Below are positions 26,511 through 36,502 of a stretch of DNA of 64,000 nucleotides, piece after piece (the stretch's first letter is position 1; every line of letters begins with the position of its first letter). Source of the stretch: Candidatus Brocadiia bacterium (GTDB lineage Bacteria > Planctomycetota > Brocadiia > CAIUPP01); the NCBI GenBank assembly GCA_050015075.1, contig JBEKCB010000025.1:1-64000 (forward strand), given 5' to 3'. Made by a program: the position numbers and the translations under genes. Below the pieces are notes generated by a model that was given only the letters and a program-made list of their open reading frames with translations, ran no database searches and was not told the origin of the DNA.

Positions 26511-26784
26511 GTTCCGCATCTTCAAGACGTCCGAATTTCAGAAGGCGCTCGCAAGATTGCCCGCCGCGCAGTCGGCATTCCTCGAGAACAAACTCAACGC
26601 GCATGTCTATCCCCAGTTTCGCCAGCAACCATACTTCGGGCCGAACATCAAGAAACTGCGGGGCTATTCGCCGGAGACTTGGCGCTACCGACTAGGGCGC
26701 TATCGGCTTTTCTATCTGGTTGACGGAGATGAACGGATCATCTACCTGCTCACGCTTGATGACCGCAAAGACGCGTATCGGTAA
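26503..26784 (+). CDS. RelE/ParE-family toxin
   Basis: NIKKLRG...WRYRLGRYRLFY.VD......LTLDDRKDAYR; overlaps the antitoxin gene. Confidence 0.88.
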   Translation: MSKFRIFKTSEFQKALARLPAAQSAFLENKLNAHVYPQFRQQPYFGPNIKKLRGYSPETWRYRLGRYRLFYLVDGDERIIYLLTLDDRKDAYR

Positions 26785-27020
26785 GGCTCCGGTTTGTCGT
26801 AACGCCATCAATAGCTGGCCACATAGGTCCTACAGTAAACCAATTAGGTTACTTGTCCACATCAGGCGCGCGAGGGCCGCGCGTGGGCATATCTCTTTAC
26901 GAACGGCTGAGAAACCACTTGAAAATAATCAGGTTTATGTCCGCGGAATACCCCAGAACAGCCGCAAAACTTTGAAAACAGACGCTGTAAGAGTACAATA
27001 CTGTCGGCGCGAGGGGAAAG

Positions 27021-27287
27021 GTGGTGCCTGCCGTGGCGACATGTCCAAGAAAGTATGCCGGTGCATTTATACTCGCGATTTCCATTACCTATGTGATATC
27101 CTATTTTGCTGTTTCTCGAATCTACATCGGCAACGACGAAGGGGAGAGAATAACGTTTCGCCTTTTCGACCATGAATGGGAACGAGAACTATGGAGCCCA
27201 TTGGCTGGTCTTGAAAACGCGCTTAGACAAGGGGAATTCGAAGGGCATACGAGAAATGGAGCGTCGTTGCCGCCCGCGGCTGAATAA
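27021..27287 (+). CDS. Small membrane protein (YxxSY...PL type)
   Basis: N-terminal TM ending YVISYF; resembles 27544-27969; start uncertain. Confidence 0.5.
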   Translation: MVPAVATCPRKYAGAFILAISITYVISYFAVSRIYIGNDEGERITFRLFDHEWERELWSPLAGLENALRQGEFEGHTRNGASLPPAAE

Positions 27288-27543
27288 TCACAGGAGCATT
27301 CGCGCATTACAGGCGCGAAGTGCAGACGGCGATGTAACCGGCGTCAGAAGAGGACAGCGTAACACAATAATAGGTCACCGCCCCTTATTATTCGCCCCCT
27401 ATTATTAAGGCTCCTCATTCCATTCAGCCGCGCGTGGGGTGCGCTTGGGCGCATCATTTTCCGGAATAGCCGGTACAAACTTGAGGCCGGCCATTTCGAG
27501 CGTATGATGTAGTGCTTGGGGCTGGCGTCTTGAGGGAGCGCAA

Positions 27544-27969
27544 ATGGGAAAAGGCTGGCGGGCGAAGCTAAAGAAGTGCACCGCCATCCTCCTTGTCGGC
27601 CTCATCACATATATAGCGTCTTACTGCTTTTTGTCCCTTCGCGGCCAGTATTGTTTTGAACAGTCTGGCCGGCTGCGATGGAATTATGCTCTTTCGGCTA
27701 GCGACATGATTGAATGGCGACCGCCCTGCATGTACTATCATCACTATCTGGACATCTACGGCAAAGAAGCAGTCCGAGAGGATGACATGGGGATTATCTT
27801 CTCGCCCCTTCTGAGACTTGACCGCAGGTTCGTGCATAAGACGCGCAAGGTGTTGGACGAGGAGGAAACGCTGGGGAGAAAAAAGGGACAGGCCCGTTTT
27901 CAGTGCGCGCAGAAAACGGGGCCTGTCCCGAATAAAACCGGCATGATCGGCCAGGGCCGGGAAGAATAA
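27544..27969 (+). CDS. Small membrane protein (YxxSY...FxPL type)
   Basis: GAGGGAG RBS; TM ending YIASYC; IIFSPLLRLD. Confidence 0.6.
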   Translation: MGKGWRAKLKKCTAILLVGLITYIASYCFLSLRGQYCFEQSGRLRWNYALSASDMIEWRPPCMYYHHYLDIYGKEAVREDDMGIIFSPLLRLDRRFVHKTRKVLDEEETLGRKKGQARFQCAQKTGPVPNKTGMIGQGREE

Positions 27970-28452
27970 TTACTGCCTGGATTCCTTGTCTTTGTCTTTA
28001 GACTCCTTGCTGTCCTTGGAACCCTTTGCGGGCGCCTTTTCCACGGGATGGGCAGGCTTGCCGGCTTGTGGATGGCCTCCGGTCTTTTTGTATTCGGTTG
28101 CGTGCTGCACCTTAATCCGCTCGCCGGCCCTCCGGTTTTCTTCGACGTTGACGTAGCGGTGTTCCCGGATATTGACGGTGACGATATCGCGGACGAAGAC
28201 GTCGTGCGTGTAGCGACGCCCCCCATAAAAGTAGAAGCCCCCGTACAAATAACAACCCGGCGGATACCCCGTGTCGTAGATGTACACTCTATCGTCCGGC
28301 GGCGGCTCGACGACTTCCACGTCGCCCGTGACGACTACTGCCGGCGCGGGCGCGACGAAGCCCACCCGCGGCCCCTGAATCACGCAGCCGCCGCAAAGAA
28401 GTGAAATAAAACCACTAGCGGCGCAGGCCACGACGACGACCCTGGACTTCAT
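27970..28452 (-). CDS. Hypothetical lipoprotein
   Basis: Signal peptide with LCGGC; Tyr/Gly-rich core; basic tail. Confidence 0.7.
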   Translation of the reverse strand: MKSRVVVVACAASGFISLLCGGCVIQGPRVGFVAPAPAVVVTGDVEVVEPPPDDRVYIYDTGYPPGCYLYGGFYFYGGRRYTHDVFVRDIVTVNIREHRYVNVEENRRAGERIKVQHATEYKKTGGHPQAGKPAHPVEKAPAKGSKDSKESKDKDKESRQ

Positions 28453-28810
28453 GATAGCTTCTCCTTTTTTTCAGCTTAACCGGGACTCGCCCCAGGCCAG
28501 CCCGTTCCCCGACGGTCGGGCATGAAGTGTCGTATTGTGACGACTGAACTCACGCGTGTCAACCGGGGTTTCCCATTTGGCCGCGCCATGCGGGAAGGCC
28601 GCCTGATCTAATTCGAAGGACACCATGCGCAGTTGCGGATGAACTTCGAACACCCAACATCGGACGTCCAACGCCCAAGTGCTCGCGCGACCCGTTCCGC
28701 TGACTTGGATGTTGGGCGTTCGTCCGTTCTTGCCTTGACAAGCGGGATTCCGGCGGGCAGAATGCGGCTGTGTCGGGCTCATCCGAGGCGGAACAAAAAG
28801 GAGGAGTATT

Positions 28811-30409
28811 ATGTTCGGAAAGATTTTAGCGGTCGGTCTTTCTGCGGCGGCGGTGGCGGGCCTGGCGGCTCCGGCCTGGAGCCAGGAAAAGCCGGTCGTC
28901 ATTTACACGCAGGCCAACGCGCCGGCGGCGCCGAAGCTCGACGACCTGCCGATGAAGGACAGCGTGTCGCAGTACGGCATGACCTGGACGTTCGAGAAGC
29001 CGGCGCGCGTCGGGCAATTCGTCAACGGGGACTTTTACGTCGTCGGGCCGGTGACGATCGCCGCGATTGCGCCCAAGCCTCTTTACGGCGCCGAGATTCC
29101 CGCCAACCAGCTTGACGCCAGGGACAAAGAACACCCGGTGAACGACCGCGTCCGCAACGGCTTCATGCTCAACCCGCCCGCCGCGCAGAAGATCTCCTAT
29201 GACAGCGGCGTCCGGAACTGGTTCGCCCCGTCCCTGATCCAGAAGCTGCCGGTCTCCATGAAGCCGGGCGATTCGCTCGTCTCGACCATCAGCATGCCGC
29301 TCGGGCTGTCGCTGCGGGCCGCGATCGCCAACGGGCCGGAAGTCCGCGGCGACGAGGATGCCAGCCCCATCAAGGACGCCGCCGTGCTGACGTGCGTCGC
29401 CGATCCGCAACCGCCCGACGCCTTCCGCCCGGCGTTCTGCGACCGCACTCAGAAAATCTACCTGGCGCGCAACCTGAAGCGCGAGCTGCTGCCCGACCTG
29501 GTCCGCCCCGGCGACACGTCCAAAATCACGGACTACATCCGCTACACCCAGCGCCCTTGGGTGAATACCTGCTTCTTCGGCTTCGAAGAGCCCGTGGAGA
29601 ACATGCCGTGGTACGGCCGCGAGGTCGGCCGCGTCGTCGGCAACGCGGGGCTGCTGCTGTGCTCGAACTTCGCGGCGCAGCAGAAAGAACCGCTCCTCGA
29701 CAATCTCGTCCAGGTCGGCATTGACTACGGCGGCATGATCCGCGCCGGGCATCCCGGGTTTGCCGGCTTCGGCGGCCACGGCACCGGCCGAAAGTTCCCC
29801 ATCGTCTTCGCCGGATTGCTCCTCGGCGACGAGGAACTCGCGAACATTAATAAATCATTCCCCAAAGCCGCCTTCAGCGAAGATGAGCAGACCGCCTACG
29901 GCGACTCCTGGACCGGCGCCAAGGTCGTCTTCACCGGGCACTCCGGCATTGACGTAGTCACCGGGATCGGCCGCGACTACGCGCGTGGTCCCGGCGCCTG
30001 GGGCCCCTACGAGCACACGCCGCCCACCACTTGGGGACCGGGCCAGAACACCAGCGAAGGGTACCGCCGCACGAGCACCACGAACGGCTGGGTCTCGGAG
30101 GCCCTGGTGCTCCGCTTGCTGCACGCCGAAAAGGCCTGGAACCACGATCCGTTCCTCGATTACGTGGATCGCTGGATGTACGAAAAAGACGACGACTTCA
30201 TTCAGAAGATCAAGGCCGCCACCGGCGGGAACTTCGACCATGACTGGTCCAAGCAAGGGTTCGCCTGGCCCGACGACAACTTCGTCAACGAGATGTGGCA
30301 TGAATATCGCGCGGGGCCGGGCATGCCGCCGACCAACGGCTGGACGAAGCAGCACGACGACTCCTATTACAAAAACGCCATCGCAAAAGAACTCAAGAGA
30401 CCCAACTAA
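28811..30409 (+). CDS. Secreted protein of unknown function, paralog 1
   Basis: Signal peptide; long identical blocks shared with 38645-40261 and 48207-49808. Confidence 0.9.
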   Translation: MFGKILAVGLSAAAVAGLAAPAWSQEKPVVIYTQANAPAAPKLDDLPMKDSVSQYGMTWTFEKPARVGQFVNGDFYVVGPVTIAAIAPKPLYGAEIPANQLDARDKEHPVNDRVRNGFMLNPPAAQKISYDSGVRNWFAPSLIQKLPVSMKPGDSLVSTISMPLGLSLRAAIANGPEVRGDEDASPIKDAAVLTCVADPQPPDAFRPAFCDRTQKIYLARNLKRELLPDLVRPGDTSKITDYIRYTQRPWVNTCFFGFEEPVENMPWYGREVGRVVGNAGLLLCSNFAAQQKEPLLDNLVQVGIDYGGMIRAGHPGFAGFGGHGTGRKFPIVFAGLLLGDEELANINKSFPKAAFSEDEQTAYGDSWTGAKVVFTGHSGIDVVTGIGRDYARGPGAWGPYEHTPPTTWGPGQNTSEGYRRTSTTNGWVSEALVLRLLHAEKAWNHDPFLDYVDRWMYEKDDDFIQKIKAATGGNFDHDWSKQGFAWPDDNFVNEMWHEYRAGPGMPPTNGWTKQHDDSYYKNAIAKELKRPN

Positions 30410-30632
30410 AGCGGCAGGTCAAACCGCCGCCGTGGCGCCGGGCGCAGGTCGAATTCGCGATGCCGGGTGATCGCCGGGTCGTTATGTGGAGCCGACGCGA
30501 CACGGCGGCCGGGAAATGTTGAGAGCCGGCAACACAGGGCTGCCGCATGAATCGGCGGCAAGCTCGCCTTATCGCATCAACACTCCCGTATTCATTGAGC
30601 CAACCGGCTCCGCAACGCGCGAGCCCTGAGTC

Positions 30633-30648
30633 CGGCACGCGAATTGCA
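30633..30648 (+). promoter_or_regulatory. sigma-54 -24/-12 site upstream of PEP-CTERM gene
   Basis: CGGCACGCGAATTGCA (GG-N10-GC). Confidence 0.55.
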
Positions 30649-30874
30649 GCGGGAAATCCAGCTACTCGGCTGGGGTGCCGGGAGGCCTTCTGGGGAAGGC
30701 TCGAGTGGTATTCTTTGCCTGCGAACTCTGCGGGCATTTATTGGGAAAGGAAGCTGACGCGGAGATCCAGGATCTCGTAAAAGGGCAGCCACCGGGTTTT
30801 GCGGAACCTCTGATCAGCGTGGCGCGTTCGTCCATTTCGCTCTGAACCAGAACATGCAATGGGGGGCCAATGCA

Positions 30875-31714
30875 ATGAGCCGCAAAAATGGTTTCGTCGG
30901 TTCGATTCTCGCTCTCACCGTAATCCTCGCAGCCTTCGCGCCCGGCGCGCTTGGGATACCCATCGGCTACGTCGTGGACAACGAGGACAACCTTTACACC
31001 ATAGACCTGTCCAACGCGAATACGACCCTTATCGGCACTACAGGCGTCTTTTTTGAAGGCCTCGCCCTTTCGCCCGGCGGGACCCTCTACGGCACCGATA
31101 CATCGGGCCAACTCTGGACCATTAACACAACCACCGCGGCGCCCACCCTCATCGGCGGCACCGGATTAGGCGACCTCGAGGCCCTCGCTTTCGATGGCTC
31201 GACGCTCATCACCGCCACGAATGCAGGAGCCGGAGTCGTCCTTTACTCCCTTAACACCAGCACCGCCGCGCCGACCTTCCTGGCCAACACCAGCCCGCTC
31301 ATTGTTGACCAGGGCGCCACGGCCATGACCGACATCGACAGCACAAACGCCTACATCATTGCCGGGTATGAGCACACGCCGCAGACGCTTGATTCCGTTA
31401 ACTTGAGCACCGGCGCCGTCACGACGATCGGCTCGACCGGCCTGACCGACGTCGCGGGGATCTTCGGACTAGCTTTATCCGGCGGCACGCTTTATGGAGT
31501 CGGCGACATCGGGAATGAATATACCCTGAATCAGACAACCGGCGCCGCCACGCCCCTCGCCGAATCAAGTGGTGATCAGTTCTTCCTCGACCTCACCCTC
31601 GCCCCGGCAACCGGCCCGGCGGGCGGCGTTCCCGAACCGGCCACACTCAGCCTTCTCGGACTCGGGCTGGCCGGGCTGATCGGCCGCCGGATGCGTCGGA
31701 GCAGCGGCAGGTAA
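30875..31714 (+). CDS. PEP-CTERM protein with beta-propeller-like repeats
   Basis: Signal peptide; C-terminal VPEPATLSLLGLGLAGLIGRR. Confidence 0.92.
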   Translation: MSRKNGFVGSILALTVILAAFAPGALGIPIGYVVDNEDNLYTIDLSNANTTLIGTTGVFFEGLALSPGGTLYGTDTSGQLWTINTTTAAPTLIGGTGLGDLEALAFDGSTLITATNAGAGVVLYSLNTSTAAPTFLANTSPLIVDQGATAMTDIDSTNAYIIAGYEHTPQTLDSVNLSTGAVTTIGSTGLTDVAGIFGLALSGGTLYGVGDIGNEYTLNQTTGAATPLAESSGDQFFLDLTLAPATGPAGGVPEPATLSLLGLGLAGLIGRRMRRSSGR

Positions 31715-32008
31715 CCGACGCTTCGTTCTTTCGATCTGCGCCTTTTGCGCCGCGCGCTGTTCTCCAGGAACATCGCGCGGCGTTTTTTTGTAGGCGCTTA
31801 CCGAGGAAACCATTCCTATCCGATTTAGCCGGAACAAGGGATGTTGAAAAACCGCCATTCCGAACGAAGGGCCGTATCCTCTTGCGGAATATTGAGAGGA
31901 TGGCTCATGGGTGGCTTGTATTGCGCTGTTCGCATCGGCGTCTCGCGCAGGACCTAAAGGGGAAAAAAGATAAGTCGTGTTTCTCCGGAACTCGGAGGTC
32001 TGAAATCT

Positions 32009-32863
32009 ATGATCCATGACGATGTGGACGCCGGGACCAGCATCACGGACATTTATTTTGTGGACGCCGATGAACTATTGCGGGAGAGGATGAAAACGGA
32101 ACAACCCTTCTGGGCGAAGTACATGTGCATAGAGGGCGGCTTCTCCATCGTAGCGTTCTGCAGAGATACGGCCGTCGGCATCCTTTCCGTGAAATGGCAG
32201 GAACTCCCGCCGCCGCTGCCGCCCAGCCGCGAAGGATATATCAACGATATTGAGGTCGTCGCGGAGCACCGGCGTAAAGGCATCGCCCGGCGGCTCACAA
32301 TCTTAGCGGCCACCCTTGTGGTAGGCTGCGGCATCGCGTGGACCGTTCAGCCAACCTTAATCATTCATGTGCTTTACAGGACCCCTCAGGATCAGGTACG
32401 CATGCTCGTCCAAGCGCTCCATAGCTATCAGCTCGACTACGGACGCTACCCGACACGCGAAGAGGGGTTGCGCGTACTCGTCGAAGGGCCGCCAAAATCG
32501 AGCGGTCAAGTACGCTGGAGCGGTCCGTACATTGACAACAAGCTTCTCAAGGACCCTTGGGGCCGTCCCTACGACTATCGTTGCCCCGGCCGCAACGGCA
32601 GGCCGTTCGACATATCTTCGCCGGGTAAGGACGGCATCTATGGGACAGATGACGATGTATACAGTTGGGAACTGGAGAAGCTGGACAAGATATATCCTAG
32701 TAGCGGCGTCCGCTGGCAGAGGGAAGCAGGGCCGATCAGCGACGTGTTCGCGCTGGGTTTCTGGCTGGGCGCAGGGACCTTGACGGTGCTTTGGATTCTG
32801 GCGCCGAGACTGAAGAATAAAAGTACGACGAAGGATAATAATTCGGGACAGTGGGGCCGTTGA
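32009..32863 (+). CDS. Chimeric ORF: partial GNAT acetyltransferase joined to a GspG-like pseudopilin domain
   Basis: GYINDIEV..EHRRKGIARRL, then TM and ALHSYQLDYGRYPT.EEGL..L...WSGPY....KDPWGRPY.Y..PG. Confidence 0.65.
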   Translation: MIHDDVDAGTSITDIYFVDADELLRERMKTEQPFWAKYMCIEGGFSIVAFCRDTAVGILSVKWQELPPPLPPSREGYINDIEVVAEHRRKGIARRLTILAATLVVGCGIAWTVQPTLIIHVLYRTPQDQVRMLVQALHSYQLDYGRYPTREEGLRVLVEGPPKSSGQVRWSGPYIDNKLLKDPWGRPYDYRCPGRNGRPFDISSPGKDGIYGTDDDVYSWELEKLDKIYPSSGVRWQREAGPISDVFALGFWLGAGTLTVLWILAPRLKNKSTTKDNNSGQWGR

Positions 32864-33000
32864 AAAAGGCGTCGGACGCGCCAGGTCCGGCGCACATCTC
32901 CACTCGGTCATTCCCGCGCAAGCGGGAATCCAAGGTTTCAGCGCGCGGTTCCGGATTCCCGCCTTCGCGGGAATGACCAGGAGCATTTTTCAACAGCCCC
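32853..33000. mobile_element. MITE-like element with an internal REP pair
   Basis: Terminal GGGGCCGTTGAAAAA/TTTTTCAACAGCCCC; inner GTCATTCCCGCG..GCGGGAATC inverted pair; relative at 40743-40847. Confidence 0.7.
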
Positions 33001-33121
33001 ACTGACGGTTGTTATAAAAAATCCACTTGACGGCGGCGAGTTAGAGAGTAGAATCTACCTTTGAAGGCCGACTGTCCTTTGGAGCACGGTCACATAGGGA
33101 ATTCCGGCGAGGGGGTCGCAC

Positions 33122-33520
33122 ATGCCAAAAATCCGGTGCGAGTGCAAACGCGTTCTGGCGTATCGTGAGGACCAGGCCGGCAAACGCGTCAAGTGTCCGG
33201 CGTGCTCCGCGAAGATCGTCCTGCCCGGCGTCGCACCGGCGAAGGCGGAACCGCCCGGCGCGGCCGAGGCTTCCGCCCTGCTCAGCCGGCGGTTGTCGGC
33301 GCAAGTCGCCGCCTTGACGCCGACCCTGGCGCCGCGGAAACAGCCGCCGCTCGCCGCGCAGCCGGGTCGGACGACTCCAGCGCACGTCATGCCGAAAGAC
33401 ACCTTGAATGTGGAGCCGGCGGACGCAGACATCCCGCTCGCAGGAGACGTGCCGACTTGGGGAAGCGGACCGCAGCCCGACGCGCCGTCGGCGGAGCCCG
33501 GTCCGCGCGCAACTCCGTGA
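33122..33520 (+). CDS. Zn-ribbon protein with a Pro/Ala-rich tail (possibly truncated)
   Basis: IRCEC......AGKRVKCPAC. Confidence 0.65.
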   Translation: MPKIRCECKRVLAYREDQAGKRVKCPACSAKIVLPGVAPAKAEPPGAAEASALLSRRLSAQVAALTPTLAPRKQPPLAAQPGRTTPAHVMPKDTLNVEPADADIPLAGDVPTWGSGPQPDAPSAEPGPRATP

Positions 33521-33589
33521 GCGTCCGTTCGGATCGGCCGCGCCGCTGAGCCGCGGAAGGTTGCGATGCGGTACGCCGCCGCGCCCGCC

Positions 33590-33856
33590 TCAAACCTGCA
33601 CGATGCAGGCGTATTGAGCGCAGCCTTGCTCGTCGAGCCAGCCGAACACCCGCGCCGTCTCATTCTGGATGCGGCCCCGGATGTCCTCGATGCCTTCCGG
33701 CAACTCGTCAACGCCCAACTCGTACAAGTCCGCAGGCGTGACGTCATTGCGCATGGCGTCCAGCAGGTCGCTCTCATCGTCCCATGCTTCGGCGTCGGAC
33801 TCGCCCGCCTGATACTCGCCCGCGTACGGCAGTATGCGACACTCCTTATACGCCAT
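33590..33856 (-). CDS. Small acidic hypothetical protein
   Basis: GAGGAGG RBS; 88 aa. Confidence 0.55.
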   Translation of the reverse strand: MAYKECRILPYAGEYQAGESDAEAWDDESDLLDAMRNDVTPADLYELGVDELPEGIEDIRGRIQNETARVFGWLDEQGCAQYACIVQV

Positions 33857-33911
33857 CTTTCGTCCTCCTCATACTCTCCCGATGCCTTAATAAAGCAGCC
33901 GCACTGCGCGC

Positions 33912-35024
33912 TCAGCGAGCATAGAGCCGTTGGATCAGTTCCTTCGGCTGCGTGCTCTGTTGAATCGCATCCTCACGCGAGATCTGCCCTTGCCGATACA
34001 GGTAAAGCAGAGAGGCGTTGAGCGTGGTCATGCCCTCTGCGTTGCCGCCCTCCATGGCCGCATAGAGCTGCTGTATCTCGCCGGTCCGGATGAGGTTTCG
34101 CACCGCCGGCGTTGCGACGAGGAGTTCCATCGCCATCACGCGCCCCGGCTGGTCGCGCCGGCGCATGAGCCCCTGCGCCATGATCCCGGCCAGAACGAAA
34201 GACAACTGGGACCGGGCCAGGAGCTGCTGCTGGGGCGGATACGAATCAATGATGCGGTTCGCCGTCTGGATGGCGTCGGTCGTGTGAAGGGTCGAGAGCA
34301 CCAGGTGCCCTGTTTCGGCCAGCGTCATGGCCATCTGAATGGTCTCGAGGTCCCGCAACTCGCCTACGAGTATGACATCGGGGTCCTGCCGCAGCACGCG
34401 CCGCAGCGCCTGGGCGAAGGACCGCGTGTCCTGGTTCATCTCGCGCTGGCTGATCAGCGCTCTCTTGTGTTTGTGCAGGAACTCGATCGGGTCCTCAATC
34501 GTGATGATGTTGCAGGACCTGCGCTCGTTGATCCAGTCCAACATGGCCGCGAGCGTCGTGGACTTGCCGCTGCCGGTGGGACCGGTGACCAGGAAGAGGC
34601 CGTGCTCCATCATGGCGAACTTTTCCAGTTGCTTCGGCAGTCCCAGCTCCGCAAAGGTGGCGATGTGCTCGGGAATGAGCCGCAGCGCTATGGCCACCGA
34701 ATCGCGCTGCCAGTAGAGGTTGGCCCGGAATCGCGCCAGGCCCGGGCGCGATACGGAGAAGTCCAGGTCGCGCTCCGCCACGAACTGTTCCCACTGCGCC
34801 TTGCTGGTCAACTCCTGACCGGCCGCGGAGGTCTGCGCGGGCGACATGGGCGGCAATCCCTCCACCGCGACCATGTCTCCGTGAATGCGCATAATGGGGG
34901 CCTGGCCGGCCACCAGATGAATGTCGGACGCCTTCTTGCCGACAGCGTCGCGCATCAGGTCTTCGATGCGGATCGTTGCCTGCTCTTCGGCGTTCTGTGT
35001 CGCGATCATCTCCCTTGTCTCCAC
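33912..35024 (-). CDS. pilT: Type IV pilus retraction ATPase
   Basis: ASDIHL, GPTGSGKSTT, TIEDPIE, LRQDPDVILVGELRD, GHLVLSTLHT, AVRNLIR. Confidence 0.92.
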   Translation of the reverse strand: METREMIATQNAEEQATIRIEDLMRDAVGKKASDIHLVAGQAPIMRIHGDMVAVEGLPPMSPAQTSAAGQELTSKAQWEQFVAERDLDFSVSRPGLARFRANLYWQRDSVAIALRLIPEHIATFAELGLPKQLEKFAMMEHGLFLVTGPTGSGKSTTLAAMLDWINERRSCNIITIEDPIEFLHKHKRALISQREMNQDTRSFAQALRRVLRQDPDVILVGELRDLETIQMAMTLAETGHLVLSTLHTTDAIQTANRIIDSYPPQQQLLARSQLSFVLAGIMAQGLMRRRDQPGRVMAMELLVATPAVRNLIRTGEIQQLYAAMEGGNAEGMTTLNASLLYLYRQGQISREDAIQQSTQPKELIQRLYAR

Positions 35025-35030
35025 AGGCCG

Positions 35031-36245
35031 CTACACGATTCCCGAGGCCGCCTCGAAGCTCCGCACAGCGTACTGCACCGCTTCCAGATAAAGCGCGGGC
35101 GGTTCGGTCTCCGGCGGCGCCACGGCCGCGCCTCGGTCCGCCAGCGCGTCCCAGTCTCCCGCTTCGTAGGCGATGACGTAGTCCAGGAAAACCCGCACGG
35201 GATTGTCTTCGCCCAGGAGCGCCGCCTTCACGTCCTCCTCCATCGGCAGAAATTCCAGGGCCTGCTCGATCGGACGGTCCACCACGGCATCCAGCAGAGA
35301 GAACATCCCCGCGAAGTACAGGCTTTGACTGCGCTTCTTCAACCCCGTTCCACCGGCCAGCAGCTCGCAGAACTTTCCGCGGACGAGCGACTGCACGAGC
35401 AGCTCGTTGGGCTTGTCGTTGGCCATTCCCGCCATCGCCAGCAGCGTGGCCCAGCGCCGGACATCGTACAGCCCCAGCAGCGCCATGGCGTGCATGACCG
35501 ACTTGACCTTGGTCCCCAGGCCGAAGAATGCGGAGTTGACATACTGAAGGAGCTTGTAGGAGAGCACGACGTCCCGTTTGACGATCTTCTCGACCTCCTC
35601 GAACTCCACGTTCGGCGACAGCAGGGCGTTGATCATCTGCAAAAGGTTCAGTTTGTTTTCCGGCACGCTGCCGGTGGACAGGGCCAGCGGCTTGCAGAAG
35701 AAACGTCCCTCAAAGTAGTCATATCCCGCGTTCAGCGCCTCATGGAAGGCCTCGCGGGTCTCCACTCTTGTGGCCAGAAAGCGCGGGCTGGACAGCGATT
35801 GCCGAGGCAGAGCATGCTGCCGCGCCTCCGCAGAAGCGGAGAAGTCCACCCTCACGATATCGGCCGACTCCGCCAGTCCCTCATGACGGCCATCCGCGCC
35901 GTCGCCCAGGACCAGCGTGTAGCCTGAGTCCTTGAGCCTGCGGCAGGCCTCCGCCAACTCGGTCCCGGCATCGGCGGAGTCCCGCAACTCGATGGCCAGC
36001 CACTCGCGCGGCAGCAGCACGGCGTAGTCGTTGAGCAGCGCGTCGCGCGTCGCGGGGATGAATGCCCGCTTGCCGGAACTCAGGGCCTGGACGTCTGCCA
36101 GCACCGAATCATTGACCACCATCCCGGCGCCCGCCTGGTCCGATTGCGCAAAAAGGCTCATCGGCCCGGATCGGAGCCGCATCTCGTAGCCATAGACTTC
36201 CCGGCTCCGATCGAAGATCGGTTGGCGCGCAATGAACGACTTCAT
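35031..36245 (-). CDS. EAL/HDOD domain signalling protein (degenerate EAL)
   Basis: FIARQPIFD....YGYE.RLR, GYDYFEG.FF.KP, LSYKLL.YVNS, GMFSLLDA. Confidence 0.88.
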   Translation of the reverse strand: MKSFIARQPIFDRSREVYGYEMRLRSGPMSLFAQSDQAGAGMVVNDSVLADVQALSSGKRAFIPATRDALLNDYAVLLPREWLAIELRDSADAGTELAEACRRLKDSGYTLVLGDGADGRHEGLAESADIVRVDFSASAEARQHALPRQSLSSPRFLATRVETREAFHEALNAGYDYFEGRFFCKPLALSTGSVPENKLNLLQMINALLSPNVEFEEVEKIVKRDVVLSYKLLQYVNSAFFGLGTKVKSVMHAMALLGLYDVRRWATLLAMAGMANDKPNELLVQSLVRGKFCELLAGGTGLKKRSQSLYFAGMFSLLDAVVDRPIEQALEFLPMEEDVKAALLGEDNPVRVFLDYVIAYEAGDWDALADRGAAVAPPETEPPALYLEAVQYAVRSFEAASGIV

Positions 36246-36502
36246 CGTGCGATGGCCCTTTCAGTCATGCGCGAGACTCCGGGGAGGAACGCTGCCTCAA
36301 GATTATCGAGGGATTTGCTGGAGAATTTAGCCGTCCGTCACGCCACCAGCGGAGAGGTGCGTCGGTCCAGCGCCCTTAGTTTGCCGCGCAGCGTCCTCTT
36401 GACAAGCAGGATTCTGAGGGTCAGAATCCGACAGTTGACGGCTGACCACAATATGGACGGCTTGCCCGCCGGTCGTGTGGCGGGTCGCGCGAAAGGCGGC
36501 AT

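Noticed and set aside
26780-27420. Integron cassette array (TA pair and small low-GC genes)
   Set aside because: No convincing RYYYAAC...GTTRRRY attC pairs and no integrase in the window.
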